Assembly (NCBI GenBank): GCA_963782535.1
Contig: CAWAKE010000011.1
Coordinates: 5,520 to 69,519, forward strand
Reading direction: 5' to 3'
DNA length: 64,000 bases
Source of the DNA: an uncultured delta proteobacterium
Lineage (GTDB): Bacteria > Desulfobacterota > Binatia > Binatales > Binataceae
Shown: in pieces, positions 28,063 to 37,019 of the stretch
Layout of the letters: every line of letters starts with the position of its first letter
How positions within the stretch are numbered: position 1 is the first letter of the stretch
The notes under the pieces: generated by a model
Databases searched by the model: none
The model's input: the letters and a program-made list of their open reading frames with translations, nothing else
Told to the model about the DNA's origin: nothing
Made by a program: the position numbers and the translations under genes

Positions 28063-29685
28063 GTGGCAATACGTCAAGCGCCATCGTGGGAAATGGTTTT
28101 GAAGCGCAACTCGGTCGAGCGCCTCAAGCACGACCTCTTCCCGACCGAACTCGCCAACCAATGGAACCGGCTGGTCGAGACGCCGTACGAAAAGCTGCCC
28201 GAGGAGGACATCGTGCGGCTCCAATGGTTCGGCATGTACCACGACAAGCCCAAGATCGGCACCTTCATGATGCGCGTGAAAATTCCCAGCGGCATCCTGA
28301 GCCCGGTCGGCCTCGCCGCTATCGGTGAGATTTCCGAACTCTACGGGCGCGATCAGGGCGAGCTGACCACGCGCCAGAACATCCAGCTTCACTACATCAC
28401 GCTCGACCGCTGCCCCGAGATTTTCGAGCGTCTCAAGGCCGCTGGCCTCACGACGATGGGAGGTTGCGGCGACGTCGTGCGCAATATCACCGGATGTCCG
28501 GTAGCAGGCGCCGACCATGACGAGCTTTTCGATACGACCGGCCTGGTCGCGGAGGCGGCGGGATTTTTCTACGGCAATCGCGAATATTCCGACCTGCCGC
28601 GCAAACACAAAATCACGATCGCGGCCTGCCGCTATCAATGCAACGCACCCGAGATCAACTGCATTGCCCTGGTCGGCATGATTCGCGACGGCCGCGAAGG
28701 CTACGCCGTGCGCGTCGGCGGCGGCCAGTCCTCGACCCCGCGCCTCTCGCGCCATCTCGGCGTCTTCATCACGCGCGACCGCGCCATCGAAACCCTTCGC
28801 GCGATTATCGACGTCTGGCGTTCGACCACCGAATATCGCATCTCGCGGGTCAAGGCGCGCCTGAAATTCATGATCGACGATTACGGCGTTGACGCTTTTC
28901 GCGACCTGGTCGAGGCGCGTCTCGGTCATCCGCTCGAGCCCCTCGACGAGATGCCGCTGCCCGAGGCCGAAAGCGATCACATGGGGATTCACGAGCAGAA
29001 GCAGCCTGGCCGCTATTACGTGGGCTTTCCGGTGCGGCTCGGCCTGATGAACGGTCGCCAGATGCGCGAGGTCGCGGCGATCGCGGCCGGCTTCGGCGGC
29101 GATATCCGGCTGACCCGCCGGCAGAATTTCATCATTGCCGGCATCCCGCATGAGCGCCTCGACGACACCATCGCGCGCGTCGCCGAAGTCGGCTTTCCGC
29201 TCGACGTCAACGGTCTGTACGCCGCGTCTATCGGATGTATCGGCGACCCCCATTGCAACTACGCGGTGACGCCGACCAAGGAAAAGCTCGCCACCGTGAT
29301 CGATCGGCTCGTCACGCAGTTCGGCGCCGCGGTCGGCGACTTGAAGGTCAACCTCGACGGCTGCCCCCACGCCTGCGCACAACATTGGACCGGCGATATC
29401 GGCCTCCAGGGCACCACCGGGCGCGGCCCCAACGGCGAGCCGCTCGAAGCCTTCGACGTAATTTTGCGCGGCGGTCTCGGACGCGACGCGGCGATCGGCA
29501 AGCCGCTGCTGCGCCGCGTGCCCTCCGTGCGCATCGAGGATACCGTCGCGCGCCTGTTCGCCGGCTACCTCGAACAGCGCGAGGCGGGCGAATCCTTTAC
29601 CCACTTTTGCGTGCGTACTCCCGACGAGGCGCTGATCGCACTCGGCAACGGCGCCGCCCCCGTCGCAGCCGCCGCCGGCGCGTGA
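28063..29685 (+). CDS. sir: ferredoxin-dependent sulfite (or nitrite) reductase, sirohaem/4Fe-4S hemoprotein
   Basis: 540 aa with duplicated NiR/SiR ferredoxin-like plus 4Fe-4S/sirohaem halves. Has cluster motifs GCGDVVRNITGCP and GCPHACAQHWTGDIGLQG. It is followed by cysH. Confidence 0.9.
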   Translation: MAIRQAPSWEMVLKRNSVERLKHDLFPTELANQWNRLVETPYEKLPEEDIVRLQWFGMYHDKPKIGTFMMRVKIPSGILSPVGLAAIGEISELYGRDQGELTTRQNIQLHYITLDRCPEIFERLKAAGLTTMGGCGDVVRNITGCPVAGADHDELFDTTGLVAEAAGFFYGNREYSDLPRKHKITIAACRYQCNAPEINCIALVGMIRDGREGYAVRVGGGQSSTPRLSRHLGVFITRDRAIETLRAIIDVWRSTTEYRISRVKARLKFMIDDYGVDAFRDLVEARLGHPLEPLDEMPLPEAESDHMGIHEQKQPGRYYVGFPVRLGLMNGRQMREVAAIAAGFGGDIRLTRRQNFIIAGIPHERLDDTIARVAEVGFPLDVNGLYAASIGCIGDPHCNYAVTPTKEKLATVIDRLVTQFGAAVGDLKVNLDGCPHACAQHWTGDIGLQGTTGRGPNGEPLEAFDVILRGGLGRDAAIGKPLLRRVPSVRIEDTVARLFAGYLEQREAGESFTHFCVRTPDEALIALGNGAAPVAAAAGA

Positions 29686-29702
29686 CTAACGCTCTGACAC
29701 CG

Positions 29703-30530
29703 ATGAGGCAAGCGTCAGCCATGGAAGCACAGGCCGAACATTTCCTGATGGACGAACTCGAAGCCGGAGAGGCCGCCGTCGAACTTGACGACCGCGAGCC
29801 GCAGGAGGTGCTCGAGTGGGCGATCGAAAAATTCGGACGCCGCCTCGGCATCTGCTCGAGCTTTCAGGCCGAGGGTTGTGTGCTGATCGACATGGCGTGG
29901 CGCATCGATCCGGGCATTCGCGTTTTCACTATCGATACCGGCCGCCAGCCCGAGGAGACCTATCGCCTGATCGACCGGGTTCGCGACAAGTACGGCATCC
30001 GCACCGAGATGTTCCTGCCCGACACCAAAACCGTCGAGCAGATGGTCAGCCGCCACGGCAACAATCTCTTCTACCGCGCCGTCAACCTGCGCCTGCTCTG
30101 CTGCCAGGTGCGCAAGGTCCTGCCGTTGCGCCGCGCCCTGATGAATTTCGACGGCTGGGTCGCAGGCCTGCGCCGCGATCAGTGGGCGACGCGCTCGAAC
30201 ATCCGCAAAATCGAAATCGATCACGACCACGGCGGCATCGTCAAGGTCGCCCCGCTCGCCGACTGGACCGAAGACGAAGTCTGGGATTACATCCGCGCCA
30301 ACGACGTCCCCTACAACGAGCTTTACGATAAGGGCTACCCGTCAATCGGATGCGGTCCGTGCACGCGGCCGGTCAAAGCCGGCGAAGACAAGCGCTCCGG
30401 ACGCTGGTGGTGGGAGACCGGTGCGCCCAAGGAGTGCGGCATGCATTGCTCGATCGAGACCGGTGGCTTCGAGCATGAGCTGGCGGCTCTGCTCGGCAAT
30501 AACGGATCTCATCACAGTGATAGCCGATGA
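29703..30530 (+). CDS. cysH: adenylyl-sulfate (APS)/PAPS reductase, thioredoxin-dependent; the Cys pattern suggests the Fe-S-containing APS-reductase type
   Basis: Has FTIDTGRQPEETY and LLCCQVRKVLPL (CC pair), then GCGPCT (C-x-x-C) and the C-terminal KECGMH. The N-terminal part of ORF 29235.. is an Arg-rich overlap with sir and was discarded. Confidence 0.9.
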   Translation: MRQASAMEAQAEHFLMDELEAGEAAVELDDREPQEVLEWAIEKFGRRLGICSSFQAEGCVLIDMAWRIDPGIRVFTIDTGRQPEETYRLIDRVRDKYGIRTEMFLPDTKTVEQMVSRHGNNLFYRAVNLRLLCCQVRKVLPLRRALMNFDGWVAGLRRDQWATRSNIRKIEIDHDHGGIVKVAPLADWTEDEVWDYIRANDVPYNELYDKGYPSIGCGPCTRPVKAGEDKRSGRWWWETGAPKECGMHCSIETGGFEHELAALLGNNGSHHSDSR

Positions 30531-31012
30531 CCGCGCCTGACTCGCATCGCGACCACCTGCCGGTGACGCTCGAGCGTTTGCATTGCGATATCCTCGCGCC
30601 GCAACTCGACGCCTTCATCGCCGCCGCGACCGACGCTGCCGCGCGCGCCCCCTACGAGGCTCTGCGCGAGGCGCTCGAGACCTGCGAAGTTCCAGCTGAA
30701 CTCGCTCCCCGGCTCGGCGCTATCGCCGAGCTGCTGATCACCAGTGGCAGGGCGCGCAACGCCTACGGCCCTGGCGCCGAACTGGCGCTATGGAGGCTCT
30801 TCCAGCAGACTCCGCGCGGCCGCGAGATCGCGGCTTCGATCGCTGCGCTCAACGCCGCGCTCAAACCGCTTGCGGGCCAGACCATCGAGGGCCTCAACGC
30901 CGTCGCCCGCGCGCCCGGCGCCTACTCGATCGCGCTCAAGACTTCGCAATGCGAATTGGTGATTCGCTTCGAGCCCAACGGCGTGCGCGTCGAAAGTCTC
31001 GAAGTCGGCTGA
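30527..31012 (+). CDS. hypothetical protein translationally coupled to cysH
   Basis: The ATG overlaps the cysH stop (ATGA at 30527-30530). The 161-aa sequence is Ala/Leu-rich and non-repetitive with protein-like composition. I recognise no motif. Confidence 0.6.
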   Translation: MTAPDSHRDHLPVTLERLHCDILAPQLDAFIAAATDAAARAPYEALREALETCEVPAELAPRLGAIAELLITSGRARNAYGPGAELALWRLFQQTPRGREIAASIAALNAALKPLAGQTIEGLNAVARAPGAYSIALKTSQCELVIRFEPNGVRVESLEVG

Positions 31013-31069
31013 CCAGGCGCACCGGCTGCGCCCCCGGGCCGGGATTGCGCCGGCCCGCGTCCGCGCCCG

Positions 31070-31426
31070 CTAAAATCCCATGCTGTCGGCCCAGTCGGCC
31101 AGCTCCGGAATCCGATACTTCTCGCCCGAGTACGCCTTGAACATCAGGAAGACCCAGAAGATCGCAAAACCCAGGTTGATCAGGCTCTGCAGAAAGCGGA
31201 TGAGCCCGCCGAGCGGGCCCGGAAGCACCGCGACGAATACGCTCAGGATGATGTTCACGACGAAGCATGCGATCGAATAAACGATCGACTGCCGCGCGTG
31301 GAAGCGTACGAACTCGTCCTTGTCGTAAGGCTCCAGGTACAGGAAAATTATCCCTGTAACGAAGCCCAGCAGATAGGTCAGAGCCGCAATCGGCCTGTTC
31401 CGCGGCCCAGTGGCCTCTCCGTCCAT
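31070..31426 (-). CDS. small integral membrane protein, DUF4870-like
   Basis: 118 aa with three hydrophobic segments. The pattern AALTYLLGFVTGIIFLY..DEFVRFHARQSIVYSI resembles the DUF4870 family. Confidence 0.7.
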   Translation of the reverse strand: MDGEATGPRNRPIAALTYLLGFVTGIIFLYLEPYDKDEFVRFHARQSIVYSIACFVVNIILSVFVAVLPGPLGGLIRFLQSLINLGFAIFWVFLMFKAYSGEKYRIPELADWADSMGF

Positions 31427-31701
31427 CGCGCAGTCCTCCTTTCAGCTTCCTTCGGTTCCGCCCGCGTTCGCTCCATCCAATCAAGCAGAAGGCGCTCACT
31501 ACGGCAACGTCGTTCCTGCGCCGGCGTCGTTCGAGTTACCTGCCCGCGTCGCGCCGCGGGTCAATCGGTCAGGGCGTTTGCCGATTAGGCGGGGTTTCAG
31601 TAATTACTGTTTCAGTAGTTATGACAGTTCAGCGATTCCAGCATTAATTGTTCACGCTGGGCCGGCTCGGCACGCCCCGCCGGTTCCAAAGGAGCGCCCC
31701 G

Positions 31702-33444
31702 ATGAACGACGTCCTGATCAAAGGTGGAACGGTGATCGATGGCACCGGAAAGCCGGCCTTTACCGGCGATGTTGCCTTTACCGATGGACGCATCACCGGG
31801 GTCGGCGCCGGCCTCGGTTCTGCCCGCAAGACCATCGACGCCGATGGGCTCCTGGTCTGCCCCGGCTGGGTTGACGTGCACACCCACTACGACGGGCAGG
31901 TGACCTGGGATCCGCAGCTCGCTCCATCGCTGTGGCATGGCGTCAGCACCGTCGTGATGGGCAACTGTGGCGTCGGCTTCGCCCCGGCCGCTCCCGACCA
32001 GCACGAATGGCTCATCGCCCTGATGGAGGGGGTCGAAGATATCCCCGCCGCGTCTCTGGTCAAGGGTATTCCGTGGGGCTGGGAGAGCTTTCCCGAATAC
32101 CTCAACGTGATTTCCGCGATGCCGCGTACCCTCGACGTCGGCACCCAGCTTACTCACGGAGCCTTGCGCGCATATGTGATGGGTGAGCGCGACGCCCGCA
32201 ATCAGCCGGCCAACGCCGACGATATGGCTCGGATGGCGGCGCTGACCCGCGAAGCGATCCTCGCCGGTGCCCTCGGCTTCTCGACTTCGCGCACTCCCAT
32301 CCACGTCGCCAACGACGGCGAGCCGGTCCCCGGCACCTATGCCTCCGAAGCCGAACTCAGCGCTATCGCGAGCGCCATCAAAAAGGTCGGCCGCGGCCTG
32401 CTCGAATGGGTACCCGCCGGAGTCGGTGGCGAGGATTTGCCCGGCCTGCCCGCCGAAGTCGAAATGATGGGCCGCATCTCCAGAACCACCGGATGTCCCA
32501 TCACCTTTCTCCTCATTCAGCATAATGCCGACGCGAATCAGTGGCGCCAGCAATTGAAAATCTGCGAGGAGGCCACTCGCGGCGGCGCCAGGATAGTTCC
32601 GCAGGTCTTCGCGCGCCCGGTCTGTACCCTGTTCAGCGTGCAGGGCGACAATCCGTTTCAGTATTTCCCGACCTTCGCGCCGCTCAAGCACATGACCCTC
32701 CCCGAACGCGTTGCGATCCTGCGCGATCCCGACTTCAAGCGGCGGCTCCTGGCCGACCACGATCCCAATACCACCGGCATGTCGCTGATTTACAAAATGG
32801 ACATCATGTGGGAGCGAACCTATCCCATGGGCTACCCGCTCAGCTACACCCCGGACAAGGACAATAGCATTGCCGCGATCGCCCGGCGCGAAGGCCGCAC
32901 TCCACGCGAGGTCGCTTACGATCTGATGCTCGAGCAGGATGGCCGCGCCTTTCTCATGTACGCGGCGGCCGGTTACGCCGACGCTGACGAGAACGCGATC
33001 CATTCGATGATCCGCCATCCGCTGACTGCCCTCGGCGGCAGCGACGCGGGCGCTCATGTCCGGGTCATCTGCGACGCCAGCGTGCCTACCTACATGCTGA
33101 CCCATTGGGTGCGAGGTCACGGCGAGGGCGATCCGTTTCATCTGCCGCTCGAGTTCGTCGTCAAAAAGCTTTCGCGCGACGGCGCGCGCCTGTTCGGTAT
33201 GTATGATCGCGGCACGCTCGAACCCGGCATGAAGGCCGACATTAACCTGATCGATTTCAACCGCTTGGGTCTGAATCATCCCGAGATGATCAACGATTTG
33301 CCCGCAGGCATGCCGCGCCTGATGCAAACCGCCAGCGGCTATGTCGCGACCTTCGTCAGCGGTGAAGCGGTGCAGGAAAACGGTCGCGAAACCGGCGCGC
33401 GTCCCGGCAAGGTCGTGCGTGGCGGAGAACCGCACCCGCTCTAG
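31702..33444 (+). CDS. N-acyl-D-amino-acid deacylase (D-aminoacylase) family amidohydrolase
   Basis: AAAGGAG lies before ATG 31702. Has MNDVLIKGGTVIDGTGKPAFTGDVAFTDGRITGVG..CPGWVDVHTHYDGQ (the metal-binding HxH region). Confidence 0.85.
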   Translation: MNDVLIKGGTVIDGTGKPAFTGDVAFTDGRITGVGAGLGSARKTIDADGLLVCPGWVDVHTHYDGQVTWDPQLAPSLWHGVSTVVMGNCGVGFAPAAPDQHEWLIALMEGVEDIPAASLVKGIPWGWESFPEYLNVISAMPRTLDVGTQLTHGALRAYVMGERDARNQPANADDMARMAALTREAILAGALGFSTSRTPIHVANDGEPVPGTYASEAELSAIASAIKKVGRGLLEWVPAGVGGEDLPGLPAEVEMMGRISRTTGCPITFLLIQHNADANQWRQQLKICEEATRGGARIVPQVFARPVCTLFSVQGDNPFQYFPTFAPLKHMTLPERVAILRDPDFKRRLLADHDPNTTGMSLIYKMDIMWERTYPMGYPLSYTPDKDNSIAAIARREGRTPREVAYDLMLEQDGRAFLMYAAAGYADADENAIHSMIRHPLTALGGSDAGAHVRVICDASVPTYMLTHWVRGHGEGDPFHLPLEFVVKKLSRDGARLFGMYDRGTLEPGMKADINLIDFNRLGLNHPEMINDLPAGMPRLMQTASGYVATFVSGEAVQENGRETGARPGKVVRGGEPHPL

Positions 33445-33557
33445 GTTTTAGATCGTGGGCGCCCGCACCGAGCGGTCGCACCGCTGGACCTTGCCGGCGT
33501 GCGTTCAATGGCGCGCTGGCGTTACGCCGGTTCGCGGACCGGACAGGAGGAACTACA

Positions 33558-33743
33558 ATGGCGCTTCAGGTGACTTGGGATCAGAAAGTTTGTATCCATT
33601 CGGCCAACTGCGTAAAGACCCTGCCGCAGGTGTTCAAGGTCGAAAACGGCCAGTTCGTCATCGATCCGTCCGCCGCCGAAGATAGCCAGGTGCGCGCGGC
33701 AGTCGCCGCTTGCCCATCGAAGGCGCTTAAACTCAAGGAATAG
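33558..33743 (+). CDS. small divergent 4Fe-4S mono-cluster (ferredoxin-like) protein
   Basis: AGGAGG lies 7 nt upstream. The 61-aa product has the pattern CIHSANC..ACPSKAL. Confidence 0.7.
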   Translation: MALQVTWDQKVCIHSANCVKTLPQVFKVENGQFVIDPSAAEDSQVRAAVAACPSKALKLKE

Positions 33744-33807
33744 GCTGCGCACACCCGCAGCCGCGCTGCGCGCACCCGCACGCGGCGTCCAGCCGAGGCG
33801 CGCTGGG

Positions 33808-34260
33808 CTATTTGCTCTCCTCGTTACGCGGGCGCTCAAGATTGCTCAGCGCCGCTTCGGTGGCGCGGCCGGCTTCGATCATTTCGAGCTGCGCCCGAAT
33901 CCGGTTGGCGAGCTGCCGGCGAAACACCGGCTTCGCCAGAAAATCACTGACGCCCAGCCGCATCCCTTCGGCGCGGGCATCCAGATCGTCACGCGCGGTT
34001 ATCATGATGACCGGAATTTCCGCCGTCTCCGGATCTTCCTTGAGCGCCCGGCACACCTGAAAGCCGTCCATCCCCGGCATCATCAGGTCCAGCAGAATCA
34101 CGTCAACCGGTTGCTCGTGAACCAGTCGCAGGCATTCGGCGCCCGATATCGCTTCGACCGCGCCGAAACCTTCGCGCTGGAGATGGCGCGCCAGAATCGA
34201 GACCGTGTCCGGGTCGTCGTCCACTACCATTATTTGCGGTACCCTTTCGGTTAATTCCAT
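33808..34260 (-). CDS. single-domain (CheY-like) response regulator
   Basis: Has VVDDDPD..VILLDLMMPGMDG..IPVIMITARDD..AKP receiver motifs. Start taken at ATG 34260 (GAGGG upstream, 7 nt after the upstream stop). ATG 34287 is an alternative. Confidence 0.8.
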   Translation of the reverse strand: MELTERVPQIMVVDDDPDTVSILARHLQREGFGAVEAISGAECLRLVHEQPVDVILLDLMMPGMDGFQVCRALKEDPETAEIPVIMITARDDLDARAEGMRLGVSDFLAKPVFRRQLANRIRAQLEMIEAGRATEAALSNLERPRNEESK

Positions 34261-34267
34261 TTCGCCC

Positions 34268-35311
34268 TCAGGAGTCATCCGCGTCATTTGCGCCAGACGG
34301 CGCGATTACGCCGCAGCGGCGCAATTTCGCGGCAAAGGTCGTGCGTTTGAGCCCCAGTAACTTGGCGGCGGCCTGCTTGTTTCCCCCGGTCTGGGTCAAC
34401 GCCTGATTGATCATCCGTCCCTCGAGTTCGCGCACCAGATTGTTCAGATTGATCCCGCCCTCGTCCAGCACCGCCGGCACCCGCGCCTCGGCAATGCGCC
34501 CGTTGCTAACCAGATTCGGCCCCAGCAGCTCGGTGTCGATTATCGAATCCTCGCACATGATAACCAGCCGCTCGACCATGTTCACCAGTTCCCGCACGTT
34601 ACCCGGCCAGTCATAGGACCACAGGGTGACCATCGCCTCGTGCGTCACGGTCCAGTCGCGCCCGGGCAGCCGCTCGCGCATCCGGCCGAGGAAATGCTCA
34701 ATCAGCAGCGGAATATCCGAACGCCGCTCGCGCAGCGGGGGAATCACGATCGGTACCACCTGCAACCGGTAAAACAGGTCCTCGCGAAAGGCGTTGCGCT
34801 TCACCGCCGCCCCCAGGTCGCTGTTGCTCGCGGCGATTACCCGCGTGTCGATCTTCGTCGAGCGGTCCGACCCCACCGGCCGTACGATTCCGTCCTCGAG
34901 CACCCGCAACAGCTTGGCCTGAAGCTGCAACGGCATCTCACCGATTTCATCGAGGAAAATCGTGCCGCCGTCGGCCGTCGCAAACAGCCCATGGCGCGGG
35001 GCGGCGGCCCCGGTAAAGGCCCCGCGCTCATGGCCGAACATTTCGGATTCGAGCAGTTCGTGCGGGATCGCAGCGCAATTTACCGGTACGAAATTTCGCC
35101 GGGCGCGCCCCGAGAGCGAATGTATCGAATGGGCTACGATCTCTTTCCCGCTGCCGCTCTCGCCCGTGATCAGCACAGTGGCCTCGGTAGCGGCGACTCG
35201 CTCGACCAACGCGCGCAGCTTTACGATCGTTGGATGGTCGCCAACAAGAGTTCGCTCGGCGAGCGACCCGCAAGCTCCGTCCACCGTATGAGGCTCGGAT
35301 TCTACCCTCAA
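34268..35311 (-). CDS. sigma-54-dependent transcriptional activator (bEBP) lacking an N-terminal sensory/receiver domain
   Basis: Has Walker A GESGSGKE, the GAFTGA loop (ERGAFTGA), ESEMFGHE and the C-terminal Fis-type HTH (GGNKQAAAKLLGLKRTTF). Only about 35 residues precede the AAA+ core. Confidence 0.85.
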   Translation of the reverse strand: MRVESEPHTVDGACGSLAERTLVGDHPTIVKLRALVERVAATEATVLITGESGSGKEIVAHSIHSLSGRARRNFVPVNCAAIPHELLESEMFGHERGAFTGAAAPRHGLFATADGGTIFLDEIGEMPLQLQAKLLRVLEDGIVRPVGSDRSTKIDTRVIAASNSDLGAAVKRNAFREDLFYRLQVVPIVIPPLRERRSDIPLLIEHFLGRMRERLPGRDWTVTHEAMVTLWSYDWPGNVRELVNMVERLVIMCEDSIIDTELLGPNLVSNGRIAEARVPAVLDEGGINLNNLVRELEGRMINQALTQTGGNKQAAAKLLGLKRTTFAAKLRRCGVIAPSGANDADDS

Positions 35312-35495
35312 AATTTCCCCCGCTGAGTTTCAGTCTGGACATTGACGGGTTGAGTCAGAATCTTTTCATATTCCTACAGTAGGAAACAAGTAGAAATCTT
35401 TAGAGCGAAATCAGGCGTTGCGCCAATCTGAACGATTAGGCGCCCGGAACGCAGTATTTGGAGAAGAAAACGCGGGCGGATAGCCAGCGGAATGT

Positions 35496-35993
35496 TCAGC
35501 TTTTTGCGATATCTTCGCGGTAGATCGCTGCCTGCCCAGGCCCTTCTGCGACCGATATCTCAATCGATACCACGTCGGAAAGCGCATTGCGCGCCGCCAA
35601 CGCATCCCGCAGCTCGTTCCAGATGTAGCGCGCCAATTCCTCGGCAGAACTGTGCGCAATCGGCAATATTGCGGCATCGCTGACCGGGAATACGAACCGA
35701 TCGTTGCCATACTGTACGGCTAACTCGTCGCCACGGCGTTCGATTTTCAAACAATCGCTGTTAGCCGGGATGATCGTGCGCTCGTCGAGCCGATCGGCGA
35801 TTTCCTTCGTCACCTTTTTGATTACGCCGAAGTCCAGCACGTATCCGGTCTCGGCCAGCCGTCCCTCGACGCGAACCCCGACCTGGTAATTATGACCGTG
35901 CAACGGCTCGCGAAAGCCCGGGTACGCGATAAAGTGCGCCGCCGAGAACTTGAGGTTCTCCTTGGTCACGTGAATCGAAAATCTAGATTTCAC
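35496..35993 (-). CDS. 6-pyruvoyl-tetrahydropterin synthase / QueD-family protein
   Basis: AAGGAG lies 6 nt before GTG 35993. Has FSAAHFI..PLHGHNYQVGVRVEG and YVLDFG, characteristic of the PTPS/QueD fold. Confidence 0.8.
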   Translation of the reverse strand: MKSRFSIHVTKENLKFSAAHFIAYPGFREPLHGHNYQVGVRVEGRLAETGYVLDFGVIKKVTKEIADRLDERTIIPANSDCLKIERRGDELAVQYGNDRFVFPVSDAAILPIAHSSAEELARYIWNELRDALAARNALSDVVSIEISVAEGPGQAAIYREDIAKS

Positions 35994-36003
35994 CGACGGC
36001 TCC

Positions 36004-36930
36004 TTACGCCTTCCCGTGCGCCCCGAGCAATGCGCCGAGCGCCGCATGCGGAGCGTCGCCAAACGCCCCCCGATAACGCCGCTCGTCGAGCGACGTCGCC
36101 TCCATGAAGCGCTCGCGTTCGCCCTCGGCCACCTGATGGATTCGCGGATGCAGCGCGCGTTCCAGCTCCTCGCCGAAGTCGCTGAACAGGTCGCCTACCT
36201 CCAGTCCGTGCAGCCCCCCGAGCAGGCATTCGACGTAGTAACCGACTTGCCCGTCGCGATCGAGCTCGAAACTCTCCACCCGCAACGCCTCGGCCAGCGT
36301 CAACAGCCGGTCCATCCCGTATTCATTGCGCTTCGACCGCACCGCCGCGTCGCCGCTGCCCTCGAATCCCGATCCGATCGCCGCCACCGCCACGCGCCCG
36401 TCGCTTAGCGGTATCGGATGAAATATGTAGCCCTCCGACGTGTATCCAACCAGCCCCTTGAGCGCCCGCCGGTACTCGAGCAAATTCCAATGCGTCCGCC
36501 GCGCAATCTCATGCAGGTAATCTCCCAGCGACTGCCCCGCCCGGTCCGCCAGCCCAATCAGCTCGACGAACTTGCCCTCGTCGTACTCCTCGCGCCGTGC
36601 GATTAGCGGTGCCCATTCGCGATCGAACACCAGCCCCAACGCGCCGATTCCCGCCTCCGATTCCTCTGCCGCCCGCGCCACGATCGGCCCGCTCGCGTCG
36701 ATCGGTTCCAGGTCCATCGCCAGGTAATGGCCGTGACTCGACGGTTTCGCCAGCCCCCGCCGCGCGTTCTGCAACCGCACCGGAAACGCGTCGCGCGCCA
36801 CCAGCCGGCTCTTGCCGCCGCGCCGATGCGCCAGCATTCCATAGCCGCTCAACAATGAACCGTATCCGATTACCAGCAGGGTCTCATTCACGGCCGCCGT
36901 CAAACGCTCCTCCTCTCGCGCAACGCCCAC
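36004..36930 (-). CDS. hypothetical protein; the N-terminus resembles the GGCT/AIG2/ChaC-type YGSL motif
   Basis: 308-aa ORF with protein-like composition and LLVIGYGSLLSGYG near the N-terminus. It lies between addA and the QueD-like gene on the same strand. Confidence 0.6.
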   Translation of the reverse strand: MGVAREEERLTAAVNETLLVIGYGSLLSGYGMLAHRRGGKSRLVARDAFPVRLQNARRGLAKPSSHGHYLAMDLEPIDASGPIVARAAEESEAGIGALGLVFDREWAPLIARREEYDEGKFVELIGLADRAGQSLGDYLHEIARRTHWNLLEYRRALKGLVGYTSEGYIFHPIPLSDGRVAVAAIGSGFEGSGDAAVRSKRNEYGMDRLLTLAEALRVESFELDRDGQVGYYVECLLGGLHGLEVGDLFSDFGEELERALHPRIHQVAEGERERFMEATSLDERRYRGAFGDAPHAALGALLGAHGKA

Positions 36931-37019
36931 GGCCCGTGCCGTTTTCGTCGCATCAGGATATTACCCGCTGCCCCCGCACCCGTCGATGCCGTCCCAACGT
37001 CCTCGCGCAGCTCTGCCGA

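Noticed and set aside
28042-29604. 520-aa minus-strand ORF antisense to sir
   Set aside because: This is a shadow ORF. It has no recognisable motifs and a Gly/Ala/Asp/Arg-biased composition, while the plus strand encodes an unmistakable sulfite/nitrite reductase.
31612-33435. 607-aa minus-strand ORF antisense to the D-aminoacylase gene
   Set aside because: Shadow ORF of a GC-rich gene. The plus-strand product has the amidohydrolase signature and a good SD.
35472-35487. Minus-strand CTGGCTATCCGCCCGC with correct GG-N10-GC spacing, between the QueD-like gene and the sigma-54 activator gene
   Set aside because: Only the invariant dinucleotides match (TGGCTA / CCGC against TGGCAC / TTGC). This is too weak to call without a scoring matrix.
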